Made by a program: the position numbers and the translations under genes | The notes under the pieces: model-generated | Databases searched by the model: none | Told to the model about the DNA's origin: nothing | The model's input: only the letters and a program-made list of their open reading frames with translations | Assembly (NCBI GenBank): GCA_010093995.1 | Contig: ML992509.1 | Span: forward strand, 404,894-468,893 | Reading direction: 5' to 3' | DNA length: 64,000 bases | From: Elsinoe ampelina | Lineage: Eukaryota | Part shown: positions 1 to 11,406 of the stretch, one piece after another | Layout: each line of letters starts with the position of its first letter | Numbering within the stretch: position 1 is the stretch's first letter

Positions 1-957
1 GAGCAAGCATACAACATGCGAGACGGCGCGGAAATCATCATCGCTACGCCAGGTCGTCTGGTCGACTGTATCGAGCGACGTGTACTGGTCCTTTCACAGT
101 GCTGCTACATCATCATGGACGAGGCAGATCGTATGATCGATATGGGTTTCGAGGAGCCAGTCAACAAAATCCTCTCGGCTCTCCCCGTCTCTAACGAGAA
201 GCCTGATACAGACGCTGCCGAAGACTCACGAGCAATGTCTAGCTTCTTGTCGGGCAGAGACCGCTACCGTCAAACCATGATGTACACAGCCACCATGCCC
301 GTCGCCGTCGAGCGGATCGCCCGTAACTATCTCCGCCGTCCTGCAATCGTCACCATCGGTAATCTTGGCGAAGCCGTCGATACGGTCGAACAACGCGTGG
401 AAATGGTCCAGGGTGAAGATAAGCGCAAGAAACGTCTGGCTGAAATCCTACAGTCTCGACAATTCGCCGCCCCCATCATCGTCTTCGTCAATATCAAACG
501 CAACTGCGATGCCATTGCCCGAGATATTCAACGCATGGGCTTCAGCTCCGTCACTTTGCACGGTTCCAAGACACAAGACCAACGTGAAGCCGCCCTCCAA
601 GGACTCAAAGAAGGCAAATACGAAGTCCTGGTGGCCACAGATCTGGCGGGTCGTGGTATCGATGTGCAGGACGTCAGTCTTGTGGTCAACTTCAACATGG
701 CGCCCAGCATTGAGGCATACACGCATCGTATTGGTCGTACTGGTCGTGCGGGCAAGAGTGGTGTGGCGATCACGTTTTTGGGACAGGAGGATCAGGACGT
801 CATGTTTGATCTGCGGAAGATGATCCAGTCGAGTAGTATTTCCAAGGTGCCGGAGGAGTTGAGAAAGCATGAGGCGGCGCAGCAGAAGAGGGAGAGGGGA
901 AGGAAGCCGGCTGTGACGGAGGATGGAGGGGGTTTTGGTGGGAAAGGAGGTTGGTGA
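1..957 (+). CDS. PRP28: Pre-mRNA splicing DEAD-box RNA helicase Prp28/DDX23 (3' part; 5' end outside window)
   Basis: Frame open from base 1. Motifs IIIATPGRL, MDEADRMIDMGF, YTATM, LHGSKTQDQRE, ATDLAGRGID and YTHRIGRTGRAG. Prp28-typical insert NEKPDTD..RYRQT and C-terminal PEELRKHEAAQ. Confidence 0.92.
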   Translation, partial: EQAYNMRDGAEIIIATPGRLVDCIERRVLVLSQCCYIIMDEADRMIDMGFEEPVNKILSALPVSNEKPDTDAAEDSRAMSSFLSGRDRYRQTMMYTATMPVAVERIARNYLRRPAIVTIGNLGEAVDTVEQRVEMVQGEDKRKKRLAEILQSRQFAAPIIVFVNIKRNCDAIARDIQRMGFSSVTLHGSKTQDQREAALQGLKEGKYEVLVATDLAGRGIDVQDVSLVVNFNMAPSIEAYTHRIGRTGRAGKSGVAITFLGQEDQDVMFDLRKMIQSSSISKVPEELRKHEAAQQKRERGRKPAVTEDGGGFGGKGGW

Positions 958-1437
958 GGATTCGGAGGTCGAGATGTGAAGCGCAATAAGCTAGGGACGT
1001 TCGAAGAATGATTATGTACTTATCATGGATGTCCTCCCGCTCCTTTGTCCAGGACAAGATCAAATGGTGCGTGGCAGGCTGCGGCTTTGCGAGAGGCGCT
1101 CCACTAGGGCTTTCTCAATCTGTAACCGCCGCTCTACCATCCCTGCACATCGTAAACGACGCACCACAAATGCATTATATTTCACCACAAAGATACATAC
1201 AATTGATGAAGTGCAAACCCCACATCGATTGAGGCAACGCCAAGTTATGGAGATAGGTGCCGATCTTCCACCGAGGGACGTCACCGGGTCCTCATCAGGG
1301 ACCGGAGATAGAGCATCGAACAGTCCGTCATAGAATCTTCATATATTATCCTACTACATCTCCCTACAATCACAAACCCACACGGGTCCTCACCTCAAAC
1401 CAACCTACACCACCCACACCCAACAACAACCTCCATC

Positions 1438-2334
1438 ATGGCCAACCCCTCCTTCACCCCCAACCAAATGCAATTCACCCCCACCTCCCACAACGACACT
1501 TACCCCTTCATCTCCCCCACCTCGCTCAACCTACAAGGCCTCTCGGTCCTCATCACCGGCGCCTCGCGGGGCATCGGCGCGGCCATCGCCCTCTCCTACG
1601 CCCGCGCCGGCGCCAACCAAATCGCCATCTCGGCGCGCTCGGCGCCCCAGGCCACCGCCTCCCAGATCCTCGCGGCAGCCAAAGCCGCCTCGCGCCCTGC
1701 CCCTGACGTCCTCGCCCTGGCCATGGACGTCACTTCGTCGACCTCGATCGCCGACGCGGCCGGGGCAGTCGAGACCCAGTTCGGCCGCCTGGATATCCTG
1801 GTCAATAACGCGGGGTACCTCGAGAGTTTCGCACGGGTGGCGGAGTCGGATCCCGAGGAGTGGTGGAAGACGATGGGGGTGAATCTGCAGGGACCGTATC
1901 TGTTGTCGAGGGCGTTTTTGCCGTTGTTGCTCAAGACGGATGGGGGGAGGGGGAGGAAGACGATTTTCAATACGTCGTCTGTTGGGGCGTTGATCAAGAG
2001 GCCGGGCGCGTCGGCTTATCAGACGAGTAAGTTTGCGTTGTTGAGGTTGAGTGAGTTTTTGGATGTCGAGTATGGGGACCAAGGGGTGTTGTGTGTGGCG
2101 TTTCATCCGGGGGGTGTGATGACGGATTTGGCAAAGGTGATGCCGCCCGAGACGCATCATTTGTTGCAGGATAAGGTGGAGTTGGCGGGGGATACGGTGG
2201 CGTGGTTGTCGAAGGAGAGGATGGAGTGGTTGGCGGGGAGGTATTTGAGTGTGAATTGGGATATGGAGGAGTTGGAGAAGGAGAAGAAGAGGGTGGTCGA
2301 GGGGGATCTGTTGAAGATGAAGTTGGCCGTGTGA
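1438..2334 (+). CDS. Short-chain dehydrogenase/reductase (classical SDR)
   Basis: TGASRGIG cofactor motif, DILVNNAG, NTSS, catalytic YQTSK and FHPG; intronless, 298 aa. Confidence 0.93.
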   Translation: MANPSFTPNQMQFTPTSHNDTYPFISPTSLNLQGLSVLITGASRGIGAAIALSYARAGANQIAISARSAPQATASQILAAAKAASRPAPDVLALAMDVTSSTSIADAAGAVETQFGRLDILVNNAGYLESFARVAESDPEEWWKTMGVNLQGPYLLSRAFLPLLLKTDGGRGRKTIFNTSSVGALIKRPGASAYQTSKFALLRLSEFLDVEYGDQGVLCVAFHPGGVMTDLAKVMPPETHHLLQDKVELAGDTVAWLSKERMEWLAGRYLSVNWDMEELEKEKKRVVEGDLLKMKLAV

Positions 2335-4614
2335 TTGTTGAGAGCGAGCCAATGAAAGGACCAAATGAATGGGTTCAGCAGAAGAGATCTGCGTACCTAC
2401 ATTGGATAGCGTGGTAATAAGATGGAGACTGAATGATCTTGTATGGCCAGATGGAGTACAAAACAAGAATGGGCCAGGGTAATGCTCGACTTTGCTTTGC
2501 AAGAGGTGCGTAAGAATGTAAGTTTCAATCAGGACGGTATGTCTTCAACCAAGCTATGCCATCTCTTGATCTCGTCTGGTCGATAGTTGGTCCAAGGAGG
2601 ACTCGTGAATGCGTGTCCAGCAAACGGCGTTTGCCAGATGACGGGCACGTGACGAGCAGTGGTGAATAGCCCCTGCCACTGCCAACATCATCGGAGCAGC
2701 TCCCCCCGTCGGTGGTCAGGCTGACTGTCGGTCATGCAACCGGATTGCAGCAGCAGAAAGCCGATGGGTGAGTGATGCGTGTGCAGATTAGGCGTTGACC
2801 TTGGGCGCTAGGGTGCTTTCATGGTGGCGCGACACTCTTTGGCTCTTTGAGGGTGTTGAATATGCAAGGCCACGATCGTACGGCCTAGGAACGGCGAACC
2901 CAGCCTCTATGCTTCGCGTAAGAATTATGTCGCACGACACTATCGCGCTGTCCTCGCTTCCACATGCCTCCATCTAGCTTGATCTACCGCATCAGGCCTC
3001 TGGTCAGATCCTCATACATGTATTTCCGGACTGCAAACTTGATCGAACGACCGAAATGAGACCTTCCCACACTCATGTTTGGATCATGTCAAGCATTCAA
3101 ACCCACCCACACCGTGAAGGTCCGCTTGCGAGCCGTACGCGGCGGCTGAATGCATGTCACCGCGTCCGTACGCATCATTGATCACATCAGCCGCCGTTCG
3201 CAACGGCAGCGTCTCGTGACCCCACGTCCGCGACAACCTCTTCGCCTCTCCTTCAGGGGCTCTGTGTGACCATATCAGCCGCAAAGTGCCGATCTCCGGG
3301 GCGCGATTTGGAGAAGTCCCAAAGATCAAGATCCCACGCCTCATGGCGAGAGGGGCCTTTGTGGATCCCGCCATGCAAAGCACGAGCCGTTAGTCGCTGA
3401 TCACGCGGTGCTAGAACCTGCAAACCCTTCTAGTGTGGCACGGCGCTGGACCAGAGTCATGAGATTTCCGGCTCGGTATCACTTTTGTTCGTGGCATGCA
3501 GGGATTTGTGGATGAGCTGATGGAACCTTGTGCCTGGTAGCTGAGCAGCAATACCATGAATAGAGTGTTCCCTCTCAACAAGACTTACCGCTGCAATCTC
3601 GATCACACTCGTCGACAAGATTGTATGATTACGGCGTCCATACCAATTACCAGCCCACGGAAAGTGCTTCCGAATACATATGCGGTAATGGCATGTGCTT
3701 TTCTCATCCTGCTTCAAACGCCAGGATCCAACGTGACCAGATCGGACTCACCTGGTGTTGTTTCTGCGTCATCTATTGGATCTTAGGCGAGCTTTTGTGC
3801 GTCTTTGGTGTGTTTGCGGTGGTGGGTTGAAGTGGTCCTGCCGAGGGGATAAATGGGGCGGCTAAATTGGCCGGCATGAACGGTCACGAACTTCAGGCTT
3901 AAATCAGCGAGTGGCTTCGGACCTCTCTCTCCATGGTCCAGATGTGGTACGCACGGTGCAGACGTGACACTAGTCCGCATCGTGTCACAGTAATTACAGT
4001 AATTAGCAGATCGTCCACATTGCCGAGTCGGATGCTTGACCAGACAAGACACTGTGTTCCAGCTGCACGGGAATGATGGACAAAGTATCACGTCGACTGT
4101 CAGAACAGTCGGACGACAGTCAGGGCAAATGGTACGCCGACAGCAAAAAGGTTTTCTAGTCCCGGAAGGTGGCAGGAAGAAAGACACATTTTTCGACTCA
4201 GGGCCTGATGTGCAACACATTAATAGCGGAGACAGCAATCTTCCATCCAATGGCGCGTCCGAGGCACGGAGGATCAGCTGAATTGACAGTGCTTGGCAAA
4301 CGGTACGAGAGCTCCATGCGCTCCCCGCCCTCGACCCCAGAATCTGCCCACATTGCCCCAAATCCTGGAGTCTGCACGCCACGGCCGTTTTTGGTTCACT
4401 TTGGTTCACTCAAGCTTCCCTTGGGTCGAATGGAAGATGAACTTAGCCTGATTCCCTGCAAATCACTCGGTATGCGGCTCGACGAGAGGGTGAGCCGCTG
4501 CATCGCATATATGGCCAAGCACGTCCGCCCCATGTCTGTTTCTCCCCCAGTATCTGCTCCACCTCCGCCTTTCACACTGTCGATCGCTGGTATAGTCGGT
4601 CAGCACTCTTCGCC

Positions 4615-6359
4615 ATGGCTCCTCACATCTCTCGTCCTAACCATGCCGCTGTGGCTGAGGCCCAGGAAGCTGCTCCCACCCTCCCAAGGGTCAAGTGGTC
4701 CGCCTCGCCAAACATGCGAAAGCTTTACTTCTACTGTATCATTCTCTGTGTCTGCTCAGCCACCACTGGATATGATGGGTGAGTTCTGCATGATTCGCAG
4801 ATGGAATCCGGCGACTGACTCCTTTCCAGATCTCTCATGAACACTTCTCAGCTCCTGGACTCGTGGCAGGATACCATGGGCAAACCATCCGAGGACACTC
4901 TCGGCCGTCTTAGCGCCATGTACTCGATCGGTTCCATCGCCTCTCTCCCAGTCGTTCCCTTCCTCAGTGATCGCTTCGGACGCAAGACTCCCATCACCGT
5001 CGGATGCATCGTCATGATCATCGCCGCTGCTGTCCAGGCCGCCTCCATGAGCCGCCCACAATACGAGGGTGCCCGTTTCTTCATGGGTTTCGGCAACTCT
5101 TTGGCCCAACTTGCATGCCCTATGCTCATCACCGAAATCGCTCACCCCCAGCACCGTGCTAGGATCACCACCGTCTACAACTGCTTGTGGAACTTGGGTG
5201 CCCTGATCTGCGCTTGGTTGGCATTTGGCACACAGAACATTCCCAATACCTGGTCATGGAGAATCCCCACCCTTCTTCAGGGTGTCTTCTCCATCATCCA
5301 GCTCACCTTCATCTGGTGGATCCCTGAGTAAGTCCGGCATGCAAAAGTTTCGTTGATTCTAGCTGACACGTGTGACAGATCCCCACGTTGGTTGCTCTCC
5401 AAGGACAGGAACGACGAAGCTCTCCGCATGCTCGCTCACTACCACGCCGATGGCAACGAGAGCGACGCTACCGTCATGTTCGAGTACGCTGAGATGAAGG
5501 AAACGCTCCGCATGGAATTCCTCCATCAGAAGTCGTCCTCGTACATGGACTTCATCAAGACCAAGGGCAACCGCATGCGATTGATGATCATCCTTTCCCT
5601 CGGTCTTTTCTCCCAGTGGTCTGGTAACGCTCTCGTCTCCTACTACGCCGGTATCATCTACGAGGGTGCTGGTATCACTGGGCAGACGCAGAAGCTTGGT
5701 CTTGACGCTGGCAACAAGGTCCTCTCCCTCATCGTCTCCATCTCATGCGCCCTGCTCGTCGACCGCGTTGGTAGACGTCCACTCTTCCTCGCCGCCACCG
5801 GTGGTATGCTCCTGGCTTTGATCTGCGCCACCATCACCGGCCAGCAGTACGCTGCCAAGCAGGTACTCGGGATTGGCTACGCAAACATCTTCTTTGTCTG
5901 GGTCCACGGTGTGACTTACGCTTTCGCCTGGTCTGGTCTGCTGGTCGCCTACACCGTCGAGATTCTGCCCTACAAGCTTCGTGCCAAGGGTGTGTTCGTC
6001 ATGAACTTGTCCGTGCAGGTCGCTCTCACCATCAACAACTACGTCAACCCCATCCCCATCTCCGAGGGGGGTGGCTGGTACGGCCAGAACTGGAAGCTCT
6101 TTGCCTGCTACGCCGGTTGGGTCCTTCTCGAACTCATCTGGGTCTACTACTTCTACGTCGAGACTCGGTATGTCACATGGTTGCATTCGCAGATGAGCAT
6201 CAAGCTAACTCGTACCCCAGTGGCCCCACCCTCGAGGAGATCGCTCGTATCTTCGATGGCGATAACGCAGAGGTTGCCGATATCGACGTTGGTCCAAAGG
6301 GTATCAGCAACCACGGCAGCGTGGACTATGTCGAGGAGCGTCACACCGAGAAGAACTAG
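4615..6359 (+). CDS. MFS sugar porter, lactose permease/cellodextrin-transporter-like
   Basis: ATG at 4615. Introns 4779-4829, 5328-5378 and 6168-6220 (GT..AG with branch points) restore GYDGSLMN, SDRFGRK, PESPRW, SQWSGN, VDRVGRR and VETRGPTLEE. Confidence 0.92.
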
Positions 6360-7317
6360 AGTCATGTTGTTTGTACATGCTTGGTTGTTGAGAAATGATG
6401 AATATTGCTATTCCACTCGATCTTGTTGCCAACCGTCCACAATTTGCAAACCCAGCTCTCGTCTGTGTGAGACCCGAATCATGAACAGCAATTTTCTTAC
6501 AATTGCGGCATTGATTAATTCACGTGCTTACCCAAGATTGCTGTTGGTGAAGGAACCGTGGTCGGCTAAGACCGGTTGAAGTGTTTGGTGGAAATGACGG
6601 AGTTCGGACACGAGGCGGGAGGTCGTTCCACTTGAGCAAACATCCCACCATGTCAAAGGATAACATTTCTCTGCTGCGTGCACGGAGAAAAGTCAGAGGC
6701 GTCTTTTCTAACGTCAATGATGATCTAGTTGTCAGCTCCTGTCGTTGTGCTGACGGAAGACACGATTAGCATATAGCTCTTCAATCTTCATGCGATGCTC
6801 CGGTGGGTGATACAAAGTTTCGGGATAGCAGAATCCACTCCTTCTTTTCTTTTCACGATAGCTAGACAAGAATCTGCCCGGCCTCAAGTGCTACAGAAGT
6901 CAATCGGTGGAATGAGACCATGTGTCTAGTCTGATAGATTACAAGGCCCTATCGTACAATATGTGACATGCATGCAGGTAGATTATGAGGTGGTTTGTGG
7001 GGCTCCGAAGGGAAATGTTCAACTTCCCGCACGGGACAAAGGCCGAGGAGAACTGAGCATTGACTTTTTGACGTTGTCCAGGAACGAAGGCCGTACCAGT
7101 CTTTCACCGAAGTCGTTTCGACATCCGTAATTGACACTGCCTCTGCTCGGTGCGAATGTACAATTATTCAAGATGAATGTGCTTTCCTGAGCTCCCGTGA
7201 TCACTATCTTGGTCTGCTGGAGCCCGTCAGATGATCGAGTCCCCCGAAAGCATCACGACCTCGGAAACCCAACTTCGTTAACAGGAAACAGCCTGTGTAG
7301 GAAAGCAGTCCAACACC

Positions 7318-9702
7318 ATGTCGCGCCGCGAATCGAGCGTCTCTCAACAGAGGCGCTTCAGAGACTCGTCTCCGGCGCACTCGAATAGAATCGAGCACGT
7401 CTTGAGCAACTCACCGTCTCGAAGCGTGTCAACAGCAAGGCTAGCATCTCCCTTGCCAGGCACAACTCCGCCCGTGCGACAGATCCCAATACCGGCAAGC
7501 CAGCAACAGAGCCAGCAGCCATCCGATACGCAAACACCGCTCACTGGCGTGCCCTCGTCTCAGTCTTCTCTACCCGGTCCCCGAGCGTCGTCCTTATCTC
7601 AAGCACTTCGTCAAGCGGGAGGAAACAGCCCACCGCGATTCGGCACACCGCCGATACGCAACGCGAGTCCAGCGCCGAATAGATCAGAGTCTATCTCTAT
7701 CCGAAAGGGTCCAGCGAGCAACTATGGATCATTCGACGGAAGATCAGGGGATTTGGGCAAGAGCCCAGCCAAGAACGAGCCGATCGAGGACATTGAGACT
7801 GTGAGGAGACATCTGATAGGCCCGTCACAAGCAGGAGGGTCAAACACGAACCTGCCAGCAGAGGATCAGTCTATTGCTCCACCTGTCAGAGGCGCGTCTC
7901 CTGCACCTGGTCTTGACGAGGACGAGTTTTCGAGCCTGCAATTACAAGGTGGAGATATCACAAGACACATCTACAAGTACACGGAAGATAGGGAGAGGGA
8001 GATGCGGGAAGACGAAGACAGAAGACAGGGTAGACTGAAGAGGAGTCTGAGCATGAATGTACCAGCTTCAGAAGTGGAGGACAGCGACATCACCAATATT
8101 CGGAAACCTGGTGGACTCAGAAGAGACTTCATTCGCAGAAACGCAGAGTCTCCTGCACCATCCGCCAGAGACCATGACCCTGAAGTCGGGCTTCTGTCTG
8201 GTCAAGCTCGACCGCAACCACAATTTGCTACCAGCAACTTCATCGAGTTTTTGACACTTTACGGTCACTTTGCTGGTGAGACTCTGGACGAAGATGACGA
8301 AGTGCTTGAGCCAGACGAATACTTCAGCTCGGATGCCACGGACGTCGGTGCAGATGATGACGATCAGAGAGAGCGCGAGTACGGCGAGGACAGCGCATTG
8401 CTCACCCCTGGTAAACGCAAGCGCAGAAGAAAGGAAGCCCACAAGGGTAAAGGTAGCCCAGGTGGCGCTGCTCTTCTACTGCTGAAGTCCTTCGTGGGCA
8501 CTGGTGTACTTTTCCTGCCACGAGCCTTCCTCAATGGTGGCATGCTGTTCAGTACCTTGGTCCTTCTCTTCATCTCCGGTCTCAGCTTCTGGTGCTTCAT
8601 CCTCCTCGTCAAGACAAGGTTAAAAGTCCACGCTTCCTTCGGCGACATGGGCGGCCGCATCTACGGTCCCTACTTCAAAAACCTCATCAACTTCTCCCTC
8701 GTCCTGTCCCAAATCGGCTTCGCATCAGCCTACATCGTCTTTGTCTCCGAAAACCTCCAAGCATTCATCCTCGCCGTGAGCAACTGCAAAACCTACATTG
8801 ACATCAAATACATGATCCTCATGCAAATGATCGTCTTTCTCCCCCTCTCCCTCTACCGCAACATCAACAACATCCAAAAACTCGCCCTCATCGCCGACCT
8901 CTTCATCGCCCTCGGCCTGATTTATCTCTACTACTACGGCATCCGCACCATCTCCGAGCAAGGCGTCGCCGACATTGTCCCCTTCAACGCCAAATCCTGG
9001 ACCCTCTTCATTGGCACCGCAATCTTCACCTTCGAGGGCATTGGCCTGATCATCCCCATCCAATCCGGCATGGCTGAACCCGCTCGCTTCCCCAAAGTCC
9101 TGGGAAACGTCATGATCGCCATCACCGTCGTGTTTGTCAGCATGGGAGCGTTGGCCTACGCGGCGTTTGGCAGCAAGACCAAGACGGTCATCATCCTCAA
9201 TCTGCCGCAGGATGACAAGTTTGTCAACGGGGTCCAGTTCATCTACAGTTTGGCGATCCTGCTCTCGACGCCGTTGCAGATTTACCCGGCGATTGAGATT
9301 ACGAGCCAGCAGTTGTTCAGCAGGACGGGCAAGTATAACCCTTGGATCAAGTGGAAGAAGAACGTCTTCAGGTTCTTCATGGTGGTGGTTTGCGCGGTCA
9401 TCGCCTACGCCGGCGCCGGGGACTTGGACAAGTTCGTGGCGCTGGTGGGGAGTTTCGCCTGTGTGCCGTTGGTGTATATCTACCCGGTAAGTCCCTTTCC
9501 ATACCCAAGAGTATGTGTCGACTGACGCTCCCAGCCAATGATGCATTATCGCGTCGTGAGTACCAAGTTGTGGCAACGCATCGCGGATGTTTCACTGGTC
9601 ATCTTTGGGTTTGTGGTCATGGCTTACACCACCACATTGACAATCATCAGCTGGACGAGTGGTAGTGGAGGCGGTAAGGCGCCGGGGTACTGTGATGGGT
9701 AG
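7318..9702 (+). CDS. Vacuolar amino acid transporter Avt3/Avt4 family (Aa_trans)
   Basis: Long disordered N-terminus with LQGGDITR, PGGLRR and FIEFLTLYGHFAGE. Transmembrane domain with LLLKSFVGTGVLFLP and FTFEGIG. Intron 9487-9534 adds the last helix; stop at 9700-9702. Confidence 0.9.
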
Positions 9703-9849
9703 ACAGAGCGAGGTGGACAGACAAGAGAAAACGGGGAAGAAGAGCAAGAGGGATCGGACCTGTAGTATAGCCCATACATATCTAGACTGTGAATATTACA
9801 CCCGCCTGCCAAAGCGGCCATGCCGTCTCGCCTGCCTCCCACACTAGTC

Positions 9850-10906
9850 TCACGTCCTGAGGTACCCCGAGGTGTCCACGCCCATCCCCTTCGACGCCCC
9901 AGGCGCTAAATTGTTTACCTCCTCCCAATCCACGAACCGCCACCACGCATCCAAAAACCCCTTCTTCCCGCCCACCCCGTGATCCCTCAAATACACATGC
10001 TGCCACACACTCACGCACAAGACGGGAAAAATCTCCTGCGGCGCGCCCAACCTCCTCTTCGCATCCGCCCTCCCCTGCGCCGAATGCGCCCCAAACGCCC
10101 CGGCCGTCATCCCCTGCCTACCCCTCTGCAACGCCGCCGCCGCATCCGGGCTGATGTTCGCCATATCCTTGCCCTGCAACCTGCCGCGCCCCAACGCGCC
10201 GTCATCGGTGTGTTGGTGGTGGAGGTACGGCGTCCCCGCGTTGTACGTCGCCAGCACGCGCCACTGCCCTGCTCCTTCCGGGCCCCTGCGCACCCACACC
10301 AGCCAGACGTAGCCTGATCCGAACATGCCCGCCGCCGTGAAGACCATTTGGTCGCGGAGGTTTTTGATGGAGCCGAAGTCGCGGTCGAGGGCGTCTTTCA
10401 GGGAGGGGAAGTCGTCGACGGGGCGGGGGAGGTGCGAGATGCCTTTGAAGAAGAAGTGGTTGTTGTGGGCTTGGGAGCCGTAGTTGAAGAGGGTGGCGTG
10501 GGCCGGGTCGCGTTGGAAGCGTTTCGCGATCTCCATGGGCCACATGGATTGGATTTCGGGGTCGTCGCCTGAGATGTAGTTGAGTTGGTTGACGAGGAAG
10601 CGTTGGTAGTCGGTCCAGGCGATGTAGAAGCCGTCGGGGGAGAAGAGGCGGCTGAGAGGAGGGTCGGCGTCGGTGGGGAAGGACCCGTCGGGGGAGGACA
10701 GGGAGGAGGTGATGCCTCTGTCGCGGAAGGTTTCAAAGTGTGTGAGGGTGGGGACGTGGAAGAGGGTGCGGCGTTGGGATTGGAGAGGGGAGAGGATCTG
10801 GATAAGGTCAGTGGTGGAAGAGCTATGTGGGTTGGCATCTTACTCGTGGGTTTTGGGCGTCGAGGCTGAAGAGCGCCCGCGCTGCCCGTGGTATTCGTCG
10901 CGACAT
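9850..10906 (-). CDS. Fe/Mn-SOD-fold mitochondrial small-subunit ribosomal protein (Rsm26/Mrp1-like)
   Basis: Exon 1 MSRRIPRAARALF looks like a mitochondrial presequence; intron 10798-10843. Motifs IAWTDYQ, LFNYGSQAHNNHFFF, MFGSGYVWL and LCVSVWQHVYLRD; the SOD DxWEH metal motif is degenerate. Confidence 0.8.
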
Positions 10907-11406
10907 TGTGATGTGATGTGCTGTAAATTGGGGGAGTGATGTCTGGCAGCTTGAAGCTCAAAAATGTCGACGCCAAGAATCGAGGTTGCGGAGATGGAGC
11001 GAGATTCGCTCTCAGCCAATCATTTCCTTCTTCAAACTCGACTTCGACGCGCTCGTTTCATCTTCATCTCAAACACATCTACTGTTCTCGCAGCTGAGGC
11101 GGCTGACAGGGTGGGCGTGAACGACTAGATCTTCCGGCATGACACATGACACTCCAGTCGGGATGGCTGCATCTCACAGACGCTGCATGCTCAGAAACGG
11201 AAACACCTCCTTGTCCCCCCATTGTCGCGTGCTCGCGTGGATGGACAAAGGACGCAGATTACCGCCCGACCACACCGTTCCAGGCCCTTTTTGCTCTTGT
11301 GGAACAATGAATGCATGATGTAGGTGTTGGGCGCGATGTCATCCTGATCTTTCCTCCCCTTCAATCTCTATACTTACATGCACGGGCACACAAACAAACT
11401 GTACAT

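Noticed and set aside
1531..2502. 323-aa antisense ORF over the SDR (similar cases at 8725-9576, 26417-27544, 29302-30153, 39071-39808, 43475-44152 and 57088-57969)
   Set aside because: Shadow ORFs arising from codon bias and skew in the real gene; low-complexity translations with no motifs.
3783..4840. 208-aa and 223-aa ORFs upstream of the sugar transporter
   Set aside because: Non-ATG starts, no recognisable domain or coding bias; the region is promoter plus exon 1 in another frame.
9850..10906. Possible active superoxide dismutase
   Set aside because: The DxWEH metal motif reads SVWQH; it fits the non-catalytic mitoribosomal SOD-fold protein better.
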